Shown: positions 25,356 to 38,987, counted from the first letter of the stretch. The stretch: 64,000 bases of DNA from Chiloscyllium plagiosum (GCF_004010195.1 NC_057718.1:9806872-9870871); one strand, 5' to 3'. Notes: generated by a model not told the origin, from the letters alone. Translations and numbers: made by a program.

Positions 25356-25779
25356 AAGGTATTCAGCACTGAGGGGTGCTAACTCTGCCCAGAAAATGAG
25401 GCACATGGCCAAGAGTGATCATTCTTGCTGTTTGCCTAATTATTGAATTCCCTATTGGACCTCGTCCCTGATGTAACAGCGAATCCAAAACAGCTCTCCT
25501 GTGGCAGAACAGAAAATATACCTTAAATTGATTGCATAGAAGGCCATTTGACTCAACATTCCAGCGTCTGCCCTTTGAAAGAACTGTCCAATTAATGTCT
25601 CCCAGAGCCCCACAAATTACCAATGAGTCCTGAAGACTAATTGCCAAATTATTTTTGGCGTTGCTTGAGATGTCAAGCAATCCAAAATACTTAACAGCTG
25701 TCTTTGAAAGGAGGGCAATATCACAATTTTGATTTGAGATTTGCTCATCTAAAATACTATGTTGAGAGTATACTCAATG

Positions 25780-26935
25780 CATACCCACCATTGATGAGGC
25801 TCAAGTAGGAAATGTGATGAATACTCTCCATTTGCCTGGACAATGACTAAAGCAACACTTGAAACTTAACACCATCCAGGGCAAAGCAGCCCACTTGATC
25901 GGTACTCCATCTACTGGTACCATCTCCATCATTCGCACCCTTCCCTACTGACACTGTATGGTAGCAATGTGTACCATCTGCATGATGCATTGCAACCACT
26001 CACTAAGACTTGTTTGACAGCACCATCAAACCTGTAATGTCTATACCTGGAAGGTTAAAGGCAGCAGATGCATGGGAGCAGTTATGTCACCATCTTCAAG
26101 TTCCCCTGTAAGTTGTGCGCCATCCTGACTTGGATGCCTATCACTGTTGTGATGAAGCTACGTAATATGGTTTGGAGCGGGCAATGTTTGAGGTCAGAAA
26201 CTCATTTAGAGCAGTAAACTAAATACATCATTTCAAACAAAACATGTAACTTGAGTGCTTAGCAAGGTACCGATGGAGTTAATTGATTATGTTTGTAATG
26301 GCATACAGAAAAACAAGAAGTGAAGGGCCACTAGTATTTTGAGAAGAATCAGGTTTCAGATCGGCAGAACAGTTTAATATCAGCAAAAGCATGGATCAGT
26401 TTGTAGAAATTTCTACAATAAGAGTTTTCAGTTGGGAGAAATCTTTAGCTTTTGAGAACTGAAAATAAATCTAGACTTTATAAACCGTTTACAGCCAAAT
26501 AAATAAGAAATCTTGAAAAAAGGAGTGATACTTCCCTGGATTTGATAATCTGCAAGGAATTTTGCTGGAGAAAGGATTGAATCTTTGCTTTTTGCTGTTT
26601 TATGTATGTGTAACTTTGTTTATTTTTTCTCCTTTTTATATAAATGAGCATGCATTCATTTAAAAAAAACAAATTTATAGTCTTGTATGAACATGTTCAA
26701 GGGCAAAACATCATGGTAACTAAACCAGAAAAAGTGTGATTTGTCCAGCATTTGCATCAGCTGGGATCATAGTACTGTTCTTCTGCTGTCACTGGCAAAA
26801 TCCTCCACAGCACCACAGTTGTCATTACACCAGGAGGACTGCAGTGATACAAGTAGGCGGCTCTCCAACACCACCTTCAAGGCAATTAGCAAGAGACAAT
26901 AAAAGCTGCCCTGCCTGCATTTCATGAATTTTTAA
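25780..26935 (+). mobile_element. Old CR1/L2-superfamily LINE 3' fragment interrupted by a solo LTR. Related fragments at about 34865-35650(-), 58380-58670(+), 61605-62150(-)
   Basis: Encodes an EYSPFAW..LNTIQGKAAHLIG-like RT C-terminus; compare ORF 62156-61827 AWMGAAPTLLKKLDTIQDKAALLIG. Confidence 0.7.
26148..26774. mobile_element. Probable solo LTR
   Basis: TGTGATG...CATAGTA insert with 4-bp TSD ctgt (26144-26147, 26775-26778); the host repeat resumes across it. Confidence 0.6.
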
Positions 26936-27368
26936 GAAAAAGTAAACTTGTTAAGTACCTTTTTGCTTGTACATTCTTCCTCCCTCTTGTTGTTCACTGC
27001 TTTTGAAGAGGAGGAGGGACATTGTCACCAGCATTCTGGCTAATCCTTGTGGCTCAACCGAAACCCTTAAAAGTAATCTGCTGATTTATTATGCTGTTTC
27101 TAAGACCTTTGTGTAAATGGACGGTTGACTTTCCAGCTGTAGCTTAGTTGGTCACATTTTGGTCTCTGTCACAAAACTCTAGATTCAAATCTTGGTGCAG
27201 GATTTGAGCAGAAAATTCAATGCCAATAGGCTAGTACATTTCTGATGGAGTGCACACTGTCTGAGGTATATTCTTTTGGATGAGACCTTAAACTAAGGAC
27301 TTGTCTTACCCCTTGGATAGACAAATAATAAACAGTAGGTGCAGGAGTAGGCCATTCTGCCCTTCGAG

Positions 27369-27607
27369 GTAAAAACAATGACTGCAGATGCTGGAAACCA
27401 GATTCTGGATTACTGGTGCTGGAAGAGCACAGCAGTTCAGGAAGCATCCAAGGAGCAGCGAAATCGATGTTTCGGGCAAAAGCCCTTCATCAGGAATAAA
27501 GGCAGAGAGCCTGAAGCGTGGAGAGATAAGCTAGAGCAGGGTGGGGGTGGGGAGCTGCTCCTTGGATGCTGCCTGAACTGCTGTGCTCTTCGAGCACCAC
27601 TAATCCA
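27369..27607 (-). mobile_element. PLE family A' fold-back insert in the CR1 3'UTR
   Basis: 16-bp TSD cattctgcccttcgag (27353-27368, 27608-27623); partial inverted pseudo-LTR. Confidence 0.9.
27462..27497 (-). ncRNA. Minimal hammerhead motif
   Basis: Reverse complement ATTC-CTGATGA-A-GGGC-TTTT-GCCC-GAAA-CA-TC-GATT. Confidence 0.75.
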
Positions 27608-30600
27608 CATTCTGCCCTTCGAGCCAGCACCACCATTCATTATGATCATGGCTAATCATCCACAATCAGTATCCTGTTCCTGCCTTATCCCCCTTAAGAA
27701 CGCTATCCAACTCTTTCTTGAAAGTATCCAGAGACTTGGCCTCCACAGCCTTCTGGGGCAGAGCATTCCACACACCCACCACTCTCTGGGTGAAGAAGTT
27801 TCTCCTCAACTCTATTCTAAATGGCCTACCCCTTATTTTTAAACTGTGTCCTCTGGTTCGGGACTCGCCCATCAGCGGAAACATACTTCCTGCCAATCCT
27901 TTAATAATCTTATACGTCTCAATCAGATCCCCTATCAGCCTTCTAAACTCAAGGGTATACAAGCTCAGTCGCTCCAATCTTTCAACGTAAGATAGTCCCG
28001 CCATTCCGGGAATTGACCTCGTGAACCTATGCTGCACTCCCTCAATAGCCAGAATGTCTTTCCTCAAATTTGAGACCAAACTGCACACAGTATTCCAGGT
28101 GTGGTCTCACCAGGGCCCTGTACAGCTGCAGAAGGAACTCTTTGCTTCTATACTCAATTCCTCTTGTTATGAAGGCCAGCATGCTATTAGCTTTCTTCAC
28201 TGCCTGCTGTACCTGCATGCTTGCTTTCATTGACTGATGTACAAGAACACCTAGATCTCTTTGTACTGCCCCTTTACCTAACTTGACTCCATTTAGGTAG
28301 TAATCTGCCTTCCTGTTCTTGCCACCAAAGTGGATAGCCACACATTTATCCACATTAAACTGCATCTGCCATGCATCTGTCCACTCACCTAACCTGTCCA
28401 GGTCACCCTGTAATCTCCTAACATCCTCCTCACATTTCGCCCTACCAACCAGCTTGGTGTCATCAGCAAATTTGCTAATATTACTTTTAATACCATCATC
28501 TATATCATTAATGTATATTGTAAAAAGCTGTGGTCCCAGCACTGATCCCTGCGGTACCCCACTGGTCACCGCCTGCCATTCCGAAAGGGAGCCGTTTATC
28601 ACTACTTTTTGTTTCCTGTCACCCAACCAATTTTCAATCCAAGACAGTATCTTTCCCCCCATACGATGTGCCATAATTTTGGTCACTAACCTCCTATGTG
28701 GGGCTTTATCAAAGGCTTTCTGAAAGGTACACTACATCCACTGTATCTCCCTTGTTCATCTTCAGAGTTACATCAAAAAATTCCAGAAGATTAGTCAAGC
28801 ATAATTTCCCCTTCATAAATCCATGAAAGATCTGATGTCACTATCTTGAAGAGGAGCATTGGAATTAACCCAGTATCTTTATGAATATTTATTTCAATCA
28901 CCAAAATAGAGATTATCTGATCATTATCAAGTTATTTTTTTGTAGGACTTTATTGTTGCAAGATTGCTGTCTATGTTAAAATGACTACATTCAAAAAATA
29001 TTTAATTCAGGCAAAGCGATGAGATGCATGATGGACCTGCTGAGCACTATCTAGATGCAAATATTTCTTTAATTTTTTCCAACTTGGTTGCCACGTTTTC
29101 TACCTTGCAACAGTTCCTACATTTCAGAAAGTTCTTCATTGCTTGTAAAGCACTGTGGGATGTCTTGGGGTCGTTGAAAGCAAAATATAGATGTGTGTCT
29201 GCCTTTGTTTCAATAGAATACATTTCAAGTGTGGTCTCTGCTGGAGAGAAAATTATGGGGTAAGTGTCGTCAAGTACAGGTTGCAAGTTATTTCCTTGCT
29301 CTTGCTCTCTGTAAGTCTGTGTCTGCGAACTGTACAACTCTATGCATAATGTGAATTTTCTTTGCAATTAGCTGCGTGCTACTTCTTGATTTATTTAAAG
29401 GTGACAGTAATTGCTAGGATAAATGATTTTGTTGTTGTGCTGAAACTGATACTTGCAGCACCTCCAAGATTTCCTATGCATAACTGTGGGACTTGGCCAG
29501 CAAGTTGTGCGGGGAGTTCAAACCGTGGGGCCCTATGCTTGACATAAAAATTCAAGGGTTTTGAAGATGTAGCTGAGATACTGTTGTTTCAACAGGCAGC
29601 AGGGTTGGTAATTTAAGATAATTGGCAAAAAGAAAATCAGAGGGAAGTTGAGACTTTTGTGTTACTGAGCAAGTTGTGATGTTTTGGGACATGATGCTAA
29701 AAGCATCAATGGTAACTTCAAAAGAGAATGGGATACATACTTATGTGGGGCTCCAGAAATGAGCAGGGGTGTGAGATTAAGTAGGTAGCTCTTTCAAAGA
29801 GTCGGTACAGATAAGATGGGCTGAATGACCACCTCCCATTCTGAATAATTGCATGTAAAGCTGTAACATACTCTGTTGTGATGTATTGTCTCCACCCAAT
29901 GCCTCAATTCAATTGCTACCTGTAGGAAGCCCATTATTTTATGACTTCATGATTCTATCCATATTCCTTTGATCACTTTGTCTTTAGCTTGTCTGCTTTG
30001 TGCGGCAAAGAGTCTTCAAACACATCTATCAACCTGGTTTCTTTCAGCACTTGAGTCAAGACAAACATTGGAAATAAAAGCAGAGATATGCTGTTCAGTT
30101 CGTTGAGCTTGTTTTGGTTATTCATCTAAATCAAGGCTCATCTTCCACTTTGACACAATTTACCTGCGCTATCACCTTAATCCCCGATGTTTTTAATAGC
30201 TACAATTCAATTGATTTCTCTCTCAAATATGCTCAATGATTGAGTCTCCACAGCCCTCTGAAGCTGAGCATTCCAAAGATTCACAACCATCTGGGAGAAG
30301 AAATTCCTCCTTGTTTTAGTCCTAAATTGCTTACCTCTTATTCTGAAACCATGTTCTCTGGTTCTGGGCACACACAGACAGACAGGTAGACACCAAGCCA
30401 GGGGAGAAATCTTTCCTATTGCAACTCTGTCATATTTATGCAATGTTTCAATGAGGTTAAGAAAATAACAAGGTGGAGATCAAATATCTTCTTTCAACAT
30501 GTGGATCTATTTACTGTATGTTGCAAGGTCTTGCCATTGTGAGCTGCTGGACAGTCCATAGATTTCATTAATTACGAATGGGAGATCAGTGTTAAGGCTG

Positions 30601-32769
30601 GTCATTGACCCACTTTTAGTTAAGATTCGTCTCCTGTCGACTCTGAACCACAACGCCACTCATTGTTTATCTCAACACCTCTTCCGGATGCTTTTTTTTG
30701 TGTCCTTGTAGTTTTGGTTGTTTTTGATGCTAGTTTTAGTTTGCCTGCTTGTTTACTCCTGTGTCATCTCGTTCGCTTTAATGATTTATGTTATGATTTG
30801 ATGTATTGGAAATAGATGAGCATGGAAAAGGTGGCCCATGTTGTGCATGGAATTTAAAGTCGGCCAACCATGATGCACTGAACCAGAAGTCACAAGATTG
30901 TAGATTCAAATCCCCCTTCAGGGAATTGAACATATAGTCCAGACTGGCATGGCAAGATGGTACAGTAATGAGGGAGTGCCAAAGGATGCAGCATTACTCT
31001 CATTTGCCAACCCTCATCTCCTGAAACTACTTGGATACTTTACCTCTCTCTCCTCCTTTGAAGCACTCTTTAAAATCCACCTCAGGAACAAGCAGCCAAG
31101 CAAACATTTCCTAATGTGGCTTGGTGTCCATTTTTCTTTGAGAAATATTTCTAGTAAAATGTCTTGGGACTCTGTTTACTAGCTTGAAGGTGCTATAGAA
31201 ACTCCAGTTGTTGTTGTGACAAAATTTGATTATGAGCTCTGTCCTCTCACTAGCTTCCCTCTTTTTTTCATGCTTGCAAAGTGTCAATCATAAATTTAAT
31301 TGCATCATCAGAGAGAGCAGAGGTTGGAATATTGGAGGCAATGAACTGGGCCTTTTGGGTTTGGGAGTTGTTGTTGGGCTGTGGCGTGTTGAGAGTTGGT
31401 ACAGAATGTAGAAACGACTGTGAAAGAAATGGCAGGGTGGGATGGGGATGATTAAGAAAGAGGAATTTTAAAGCATGGAATCAAACCTCACACAGACTTA
31501 TTCAGTTGAAGACTAAATCCACAGACTTTTATTTTCTGCTTCAAATGATAGTTTCTGTTGTGGCAGGGAAAGTTTTTTGTTCTCAATCTTATCCCGCAGG
31601 AAATACAGCACTCCTTCCACTCTGCCTGCTCTGATTCTGAAATGTGCTTGTGTTAATACCGATGCTAGCGAACAGATGGGACTCTCCATTTGGGTTAAAC
31701 CCAGCGGGAACCAGCCAGCCTTGTGCTTTGTGCCTCGGAGCAGTGTGTAATGCTCTGGTTCCCACAGGGAGAGGAGACAAAAGGCTTTAACAAGACATAG
31801 TCCTGATTGTGGCTTCGACTGTGTAACGTTTTGAAAAACAAAAGGGGAACAGACTTGCAGATGCTTTTTGAGTTGAGGGAATAGTAATTGTCAGTTTAAA
31901 AAAAAGGCGGTGTGGAGTTTATTTTTAAACAAGCATTCAAAGCATACAGTGGGGCACTGCTGTTCAAACAAAACATTGAGGCAGCGAGAGATCTACCCAA
32001 AGAAGCTTTATCGTGACTTTCATCCAGTCACGTTCTTTGTCCTCCCAGTCAAGGTGTTCTTAATATTTCAGTCTCTGTTCTCCAGTAGATTTTAGTGGAA
32101 GATTTGTTTTCGTTTTTGACCCTCCAAGCCTTCATCCCACCACAGGTTCTGCGCTCTGCCAATTCTGGCCCCTTGCATATCTTGCATTGTGATCGTTCTA
32201 CCATTAGTGACTCTGCCTTCTACTGAGTGTTCTATTTATTCATTCAGGATTGTGGGCATTAATGACTGAGCCAGTATTTATAGTCCACCCCTAGTTGCCC
32301 TTGAAGTGGTGTTGAGTTGCTGCCTTGAATCACCGTAGTTGTAGTGTCGAGTCATCCACATATTGTTAGGGACAAAGCTCCGCAATTTTGACCTAGCAAC
32401 ACTAAATCAACTATGTTCTGGAGATTTTAGAGGAGTTCTCGACGTCCTCCCCTAAACTACTTTAAGATGCTCCTTAAATCAGACCTCTTTGGTCATGCTT
32501 ACGGCCTTCTCTCCTGTTATGCATCTTGACATTTAGTAAACATTTTTGTGGAGCATTGTGAGAATTTAAAGATGCTGCTTAAACCAAGATGCGGGGTGTA
32601 TCTGATTTGAATTACGTTGTTAATTGAATCTTTGGTTGAAGATGACATTAGCATGGTTGGCCATTCCCAAACTCTGAGCTTCGATTTGAAGGGCTTTCTG
32701 CAATGGCTGGATTCTTGAGTCTCTCAGAGCAAAGGCCAGAAACAGTCTCAAATTGGACAGCATGCTCAT

Positions 32770-32892
32770 ATGTCGAGATGAAGGGTCCTGCCCAAAACAT
32801 TGACTCTCCTCTGCTGCTTGAACTGCTGTGCTTTTTCCAGCTCCATATTTTACTGAGTCTGACTTTCCAACATCTGCAGTTCTCACTATCTC
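32770..32892 (+). mobile_element. Decayed family-A-related mini insert starting at a degenerate hammerhead
   Basis: gagatgaagggtcctgcccaaaacattgac...ccaacatctgcagttctcact; TSD cagcatgYtcat (32758-32769, 32893-32904). Confidence 0.7.
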
Positions 32893-33019
32893 CAGCATGT
32901 TCATCCAGAAGTTTTTCTGATCTTTTGCCATGTGAAATCATAGCAATCTCCTGCTCTTCGTGTGGCTTTATTTAAATCCAGTTTTGTGAAGTATTCGTAT
33001 AAGGTTAAGTATGGACATA

Positions 33020-33234
33020 GCTGAAAATGTGTTGCTGGAAAAGCGCAGCAGGTCAGGCAGCATCCAGGGAACAGGAGAATCGACGTTTCGGGCATAAGCC
33101 CTTCTTCAGGAATGTCAGCTTATGCCCGAAACGTCGATTCTCCTGTTCCCTGGATGCTGCCTGACCTGCTGCGCTTTTCCAGCAACACATTTTCAGCTCT
33201 GAACTCCAGCATCTGCAGACCTCACTTTCTCCTC
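33020..33234 (+). mobile_element. Fold-back mini-element, family A
   Basis: Perfect 81-bp arms (33019-33099 and 33118-33198), 18-nt spacer, tail. 14-bp TSD taagtatggacata (33006-33019, 33235-33248). Confidence 0.93.
33078..33113 (-). ncRNA. Minimal hammerhead motif (family A)
   Basis: Reverse complement ATTC-CTGAAGA-A-GGGC-TTAT-GCCC-GAAA-CG-TC-GATT. Confidence 0.78.
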
Positions 33235-34256
33235 TAAGTATGGACATAAGAAATGGAATAATGTACGTCAGTAATAAATCTATTTGATTACATCAGGACA
33301 GATTTGTGTTAGACAGAGATAAAGACAAGTACTTTGTAGTTATGTGGAACTGTTGTTGGATATGTTACCATGTTTTAAGAAAAAAACTTGCTTTATATAT
33401 GACACGTTTCATGATCGTAAGACCTCCAGATCTCCAAAAACATTTCACAGCTTAAGAAATACTTTTGTCATCCAGTAACTTTATGCACTTTAGCAAACTT
33501 CTGCATGTAAGTTCCCACAATCAGTATTCAAGTAATGATCAGGTAATCTGCTGTGAGGTGAGAATTCTATGATTAAGTTATAGCTTTTACTTTATTATTT
33601 TAATTAATTTTGAAGTGTGCTAAGCAAATAGGGCAGACATTCTCCATCAGCAATGTTTTCAGCTCTGTTGTTTGACCTGGAGAAGAGTTCCTTGCACCAT
33701 GGGAAGGGCTGTGGAGGTTTCAATCCTAAACTTGAAGCACCAGAATGGGTGAACTTGGCAAAAGCAGAAAACCTCAGACATTGCTTCAATTGCTTCATAC
33801 TGCACTGCAGACAAATGTCAACCCAAATGTGGACTTGTGCTCACAACCACCTAACCTGTGTGCTACTAAATAAGCCAGCCTGGCCAACAACAATGATGCA
33901 GAGTCAATACTTGATTTTTGTTGAGTTGCAGGTCTGCATCAGGTATTGAAACAAATATCCGAGTTTGGACATGGGATGATGCGGAGACAAAGAAAAGGGA
34001 TCAGGTAAATTTAGTAATGTGTCTGGGGTCACTGTCTCGGTAAGGGTATGCAGATATTCACTAAAGGTGGGATCAGACTCTGCTGTGATAAACCCATATT
34101 GAATCCCTCACTCACCAATGCCATGGCCTTGGCTCACCTGAGATGAACGGCTGCTTGGATATCCTGTCACCTGACAAGAAGGTTTGCCCCCTTCAGGGAA
34201 GAGCAGAGAAAGACTTTAAACCAGTGGAAGTGTGGGCATGCGAAGAATTGTTGTTA

Positions 34257-34790
34257 CATAAGAACATAAGAAATAAAAGCAGGAGTGAGCCATCTGGCCT
34301 GCTGAGCCCGCTACATCATTCAATAAGATCATGGCTGATCATTTTGTGGACTCAGCTCCACTGACCCACTCATTCCCCATAACCCTTAATTGCTTTACTG
34401 TTCATAAATCTATCTCTCTTTGCCTTAAAAATATTCATTGTAGTAGCCTCAACTGCCTCACTGGGCAGGGAGTACCACAGATTCACAACCCTTTGGGTAA
34501 AGAAGTTCCTCAGCAACTTCTGCTCCCCTTATTTTGAGGCTATGCTCCTACATCTAGTTTCATCCGCCAGTTGAAATAACCTCCCTGCTTCTATCTTATT
34601 TGTTCACTTCATAATTTTATATTTCTATAAGATAATCCCTCATTCTTCTAAGTTCTAATGAGTACAGTCCAAGCCTACTCAATCTTTCCTCATAAGTCAG
34701 CCCTCTCAACTCTGGTATCAAACTAGTGAACCTCCTCTGCCTCCCTTCCAATACCAATACATACTTTCTCAAGAAAGGAGACCAAAATTA
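34257..34790 (-). mobile_element. CR1 3' fragment
   Basis: Tail cataagaacataagaa followed by the reverse-complemented 3'UTR and RT end. Confidence 0.8.
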
Positions 34791-35656
34791 TTGCTGACAA
34801 CATAGCAACAGGAGGAGGCAGTTCTGAACCTCAAGCCTGTTTGACAGTTCATTAAGACATCTTTCTTTCAGTCTTTCATGGGTATGAGCATCGCTGGCTA
34901 GTCCAGTGTTTGCTGCCCATTCCGTAATGCCCTTGAGAACGTTGTGTGACCTTGAACTGTTGTTATCCATATGGGGAATATGTTCAGAAGGGGTTTTCTA
35001 AAGTTTTTGATCAAGTGACAGTGAAGGAACAATAGTACAGTTCCAAGTCGGGATTGTTTGTGGCTTGGAGGTAAACTTGCAGGTGCTAATCCTCTGTTGG
35101 ATTAGCTGCCCTCGACCATCTAAGTGGTCACAAATTTCGAAGCATCTGTTGAAGGGACCTAGGCAAATTGCTACAGTGCATCTTGGCGATGGTGCATATT
35201 TCTGCCATTGTGCCTTGGTGGTGGAGGGAGTGATTGTTGAAATAGTGGATAAAGTATTATTCAAGTGTGATGCAGCACGCTGCTCTGTCCTGGATGGTGT
35301 TAAACTTGTGTTGAGTATTGTTGGTCCTGTATTGATCCAGGCAAGTGGACAATATTCTACAAAATTTCTGATTTGTGCCTTATGGATGGTTTACAGGCTT
35401 TAGGGATTCAGAGAGTGGGTTATTCACTGCAGATGTACGACCCTCTGACATACTCTAACTACCATAGTATTTATGTGACTGTTCCAGTTATGTTTCTAAT
35501 CAGTGTTAACTTTGTGTGTCATTGGTGTCACATTAAACAATGGTAATGTTAATAGCTAGGTTGTCTCTTTTTGGAGAGGGTCATTCCTGAAACTTGTGTA
35601 GCACAAATGACACTTATCAGCCGAAGCCCAAATACCATCAAGGTTTTGTTGCATCT

Positions 35657-36900
35657 TGTGATGATGACGTCACTTCAAGAGGTTATTTTGTCTTGTTTTT
35701 TTTGGAGAAGTTGTAAGGCAGAGAACACAAGCCGGGTCTAAGGAAGTAAACAATTTGTGAGGCCTTTGACGTTTATTTTAAAGTTGGAACAATGCAAGCA
35801 GCCTGGGTGTGGCCAGCTCTCTCAGACCATGCTTTCTCTTTTTTTTATATAGTTTTTAGGTGTAGTTTTAAGCAGATGCCTTTGGAGTCTCAAAAGAATC
35901 GGAAGCTTCAGTGAATGTCTTCTAGCTGCTATTTTTTTCTGAACCTGCTTTTAATGTTTCTTCCTGCTGGATTGGAGAACTGCATCTGAGAATCTGTGTC
36001 TGAACTTGCCAGGGGGCATTTTTATGGGCTGTTACTATATTGGAGCAGGGTAAAAACAATGACTGCAGATGCTGGAAACCAGATTCTGGATTAGTGGTGC
36101 TGGAAGAGCACAGGAGTTCAGGCAGCATCCGAGGAGCAGTAAAATCGATGCTTCGGACAAAAGCCCTTCATCAGGAATACAGGCAGAGAGCCTGAAGGGT
36201 GGAGAGATAAGTGAGAGGAGGGTGGGGCTGGGGAGAAAGTAGCATAGTGAACAATAGGTGAGTGGGGGAGGGGATGAAGGTGATAGGTCACGGGGGAGGG
36301 TGGAGTGGATAGGTAGAAAAGAAGATAGGCAGGTAGGACAAGTCATGGGGACAGTGCTGAGCTAGAAGTTTGGAACTGGGGTGAGGTGGGGGAAGGGGAA
36401 ATGAGGCGAGTTTGTTTCAGAACATGGTTGAAGAGCTTCAGGGCAGAGGAAATGACTTGGGAGTTGCAGTGGGAGAGGGACTTCCTGAGATTCTTGTAGA
36501 GAGAGGAGGAAAACTTCTTCAAGGCAGGCATCCTCGCGAGAGGATTCGCAGTAGGGTTAAAATCAACGAGGTAAAAACAATGACTACAGATGCTGGAAAC
36601 CAGATTCTGGATTAGTGGTGCTGGAAGAGCACAGCAGTTCAGGCACAGTTAATTAGTAATTGTTACTGTATTGATTATTCGGTTAAGTTCTCCAATAGTT
36701 AAGTTATTCTAAATTCCTCTTTCTTTTGTTTTATATTTTAACTGTAGCATTTAAATAAAATGTGTTTTGCTGACTGTCAAGTAGTTTGGTCAGTCGCATC
36801 GCATCTGGAACACAGTACTTCACATCTGCCTTTAAAGTAGGAAAAAGTTTGGGTCTGGGCTACCTTCTTAAAACATGGGGAGGAGATCTGGTCCAGAACA
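35657..36900. mobile_element. Solo LTR (TG...CA) containing a nested PLE
   Basis: TGTGA..GAACA termini; TSD atct/atat with one mismatch; related to 11391-12020; the host LINE fragment resumes after 36900. Confidence 0.75.
36050..36645 (-). mobile_element. Internally deleted PLE (family A') with two direct pseudo-LTR copies
   Basis: gtaaaaacaatgact..ggaagagcaca is repeated at 36050 and 36571. Between them lie the 3' region shared with 43465-43570 and a probable ORF N-terminus (MPALKKFSSSLYKNLRK). Decayed hammerhead at 36143-36178 (GAAA>GAAG). Confidence 0.85.
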
Positions 36901-36976
36901 ATATGGGTACAGGCTGCATCAGTATTTGAGTTGTGAATGGTACTGAAAACTAGAAAATTCAATGATTGTTCCATTT

Positions 36977-37535
36977 ATAGAGTCATAGAGATGTACAGCA
37001 TGGAAACAGACCCTTAGGTCCAACTCGTCCATGCTGACCAGATATAACAACCCAATCTAGTCCCACCTGCCAGCACCCGACCCATATCCCTCCAAACCCT
37101 TTCTATTCATATACCCATCCAAATGCTTCTTAAATGTTGCAATTCTACCAGCCTCTACCACATCCTCTGGCAGCTCAGTCCATACATGTACCACCCTCTG
37201 CGTGAAAACGTTGCCCCTTAGGTCTCTTTTATATCTTTCCCCTACCAAAATTGCACGCAATATTCCAACAGCAGCCTAACCAATGTCCTGTACAGCCACA
37301 ACATGACTTCCCAACTCCTGTACTCAATACTCTGACCAATAAAGGAAAGCATACCAAACGCCGCCTTCACTATCCTATCTACCTCCCACACCACTTTCAA
37401 GGAGCTATGAACCTGCATTCCAAGGTCTTTTTGTTCAGCAACACTCCCCTAGGACCTTACCATTAAGTGTATAAGTCCTGCGAATATTTGATTTCCCAAA
37501 ATGCAGCACCTCTCATTTATCTGAATTAAACTCCA
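36977..37535 (-). mobile_element. CR1/HER1-like 3' fragment with internal deletion
   Basis: Near-identical to 16546-17222. Confidence 0.9.
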
Positions 37536-38987
37536 GAATCTGACGTGTACCCTAACTCACCCAATTGTCAATGCTCCTTCCTCCATATAACCTGTGGAGG
37601 ATGGAGCATAATGCACAAATATCATTGATTTAAAATGGCTGATTGACCCCAGCATCTACTGCTTTCTGTGGGACAGCATTTGACACTACTTACCACGTGT
37701 TGCCTGCAGAATTACTTCCGTGTTTCTGAGTATCTTTGCACTGATTTTAAGTCTGTGTCCTGTAGTCCTCAATCCCTCCAGAGGAAGAAGTTCCTTTTTA
37801 CTGTATCAATGTCTTTCAAACTCTGAAAATCTACTCTGTGCGAGTTGGCTTCTGGTAGCATGGTTGGATTCTGAAGCCACAGGTTGCCAGCATTGAAGCA
37901 AAACAATGGGCTAGTCGGCAGCTGCTCAGCACCCTGCCAGAAGCAATCTGATCAGCTTTTTGATGCGAGGGCTGCTGCTCTCAATCCTATCTACAGCAGT
38001 GAGTGTGATTCAAAGCACACGGTCCCAACATGTGGCCACACAACCCTCTGCATTCCCTGAATTCCCTTCTCTTCCTGTTGTGGTTTAGTTTCCTTTCTGT
38101 CTCTCTGTTTAGCCACTTGCCCACCGTCAACAAAAGCCATTAGTCTCAAGCTGGCGATTGTTCAGCGGGTTCCTGGCAGCCTCTCTCAACTCTCCAGTGT
38201 AAAGCTAGCATTAACATGATATCTGTCAGGGAATCCAGCTGTTTAGCAGTGTCTGCCTTTGTGCACAATTCCTATTACATGCACAAATGACACAGCTGAT
38301 GCGGGACTTGCTCCATGTGCTCTACTCTAGCCCAGTTAGCGGATGTCCACTCACTCTTGATTGGTGTTGCTTCTCTCTGTCTCCTCAGTTGCACGTGATT
38401 TTTATCTGTTGAAGCATCAGGTAGCTTAATGGTCATCCATCATCCTGAACCCAGGGCCAATAACAATAGGCCCCTTGTTCTACCTCCCATATTCAGACTA
38501 AGACTAAGCAAAACATCATTCGGTGATACAGAACTTGAGTACTTCTGAACAAAAAGACAAATTTTCTTGCAGTTTTTAAAATCTTGTTCTCAGACAATTC
38601 ACAAGAAGAGGAAAGAACTTTTGTACTGTTTGAAAGAAGAGTGCTGATTGGTTATCAAGTGGATTCTAATTGGTAGATGCATTGCCATTGACAATACACC
38701 ATTTAGATTGACAATTAACTGCCAAACTTTTAAAACAATTTAACCAGGCTGGCTGATTCTGGATAGGACATTGCTCAGAGAAATGGACTAGAAATTGACT
38801 GTCAGTAGTTTTAAGTTTAAACAGGCACCACATGTTGACCCCTCTTCTGCTTGCGAGGAGGACTTTATATGTAGCTTCCACCTTCAAGTACACCATTTTA
38901 TTTAATTACGTGACTTTTTATAATGTGAAAGAAAACTCTAATATATAATATGTTTTACATTGGTATTTCATGCAAATTGTCCTGATG

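Larger units (their letters stand above)
27318..28825 (-). mobile_element. CR1 LINE RT-3'UTR fragment
   Basis: ORF 28686-28042 has GVPQGSVLGPQLF, FADDTK and EYCVQF; ORF 28088-27666 continues the C-terminus after a frameshift. Confidence 0.95.
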
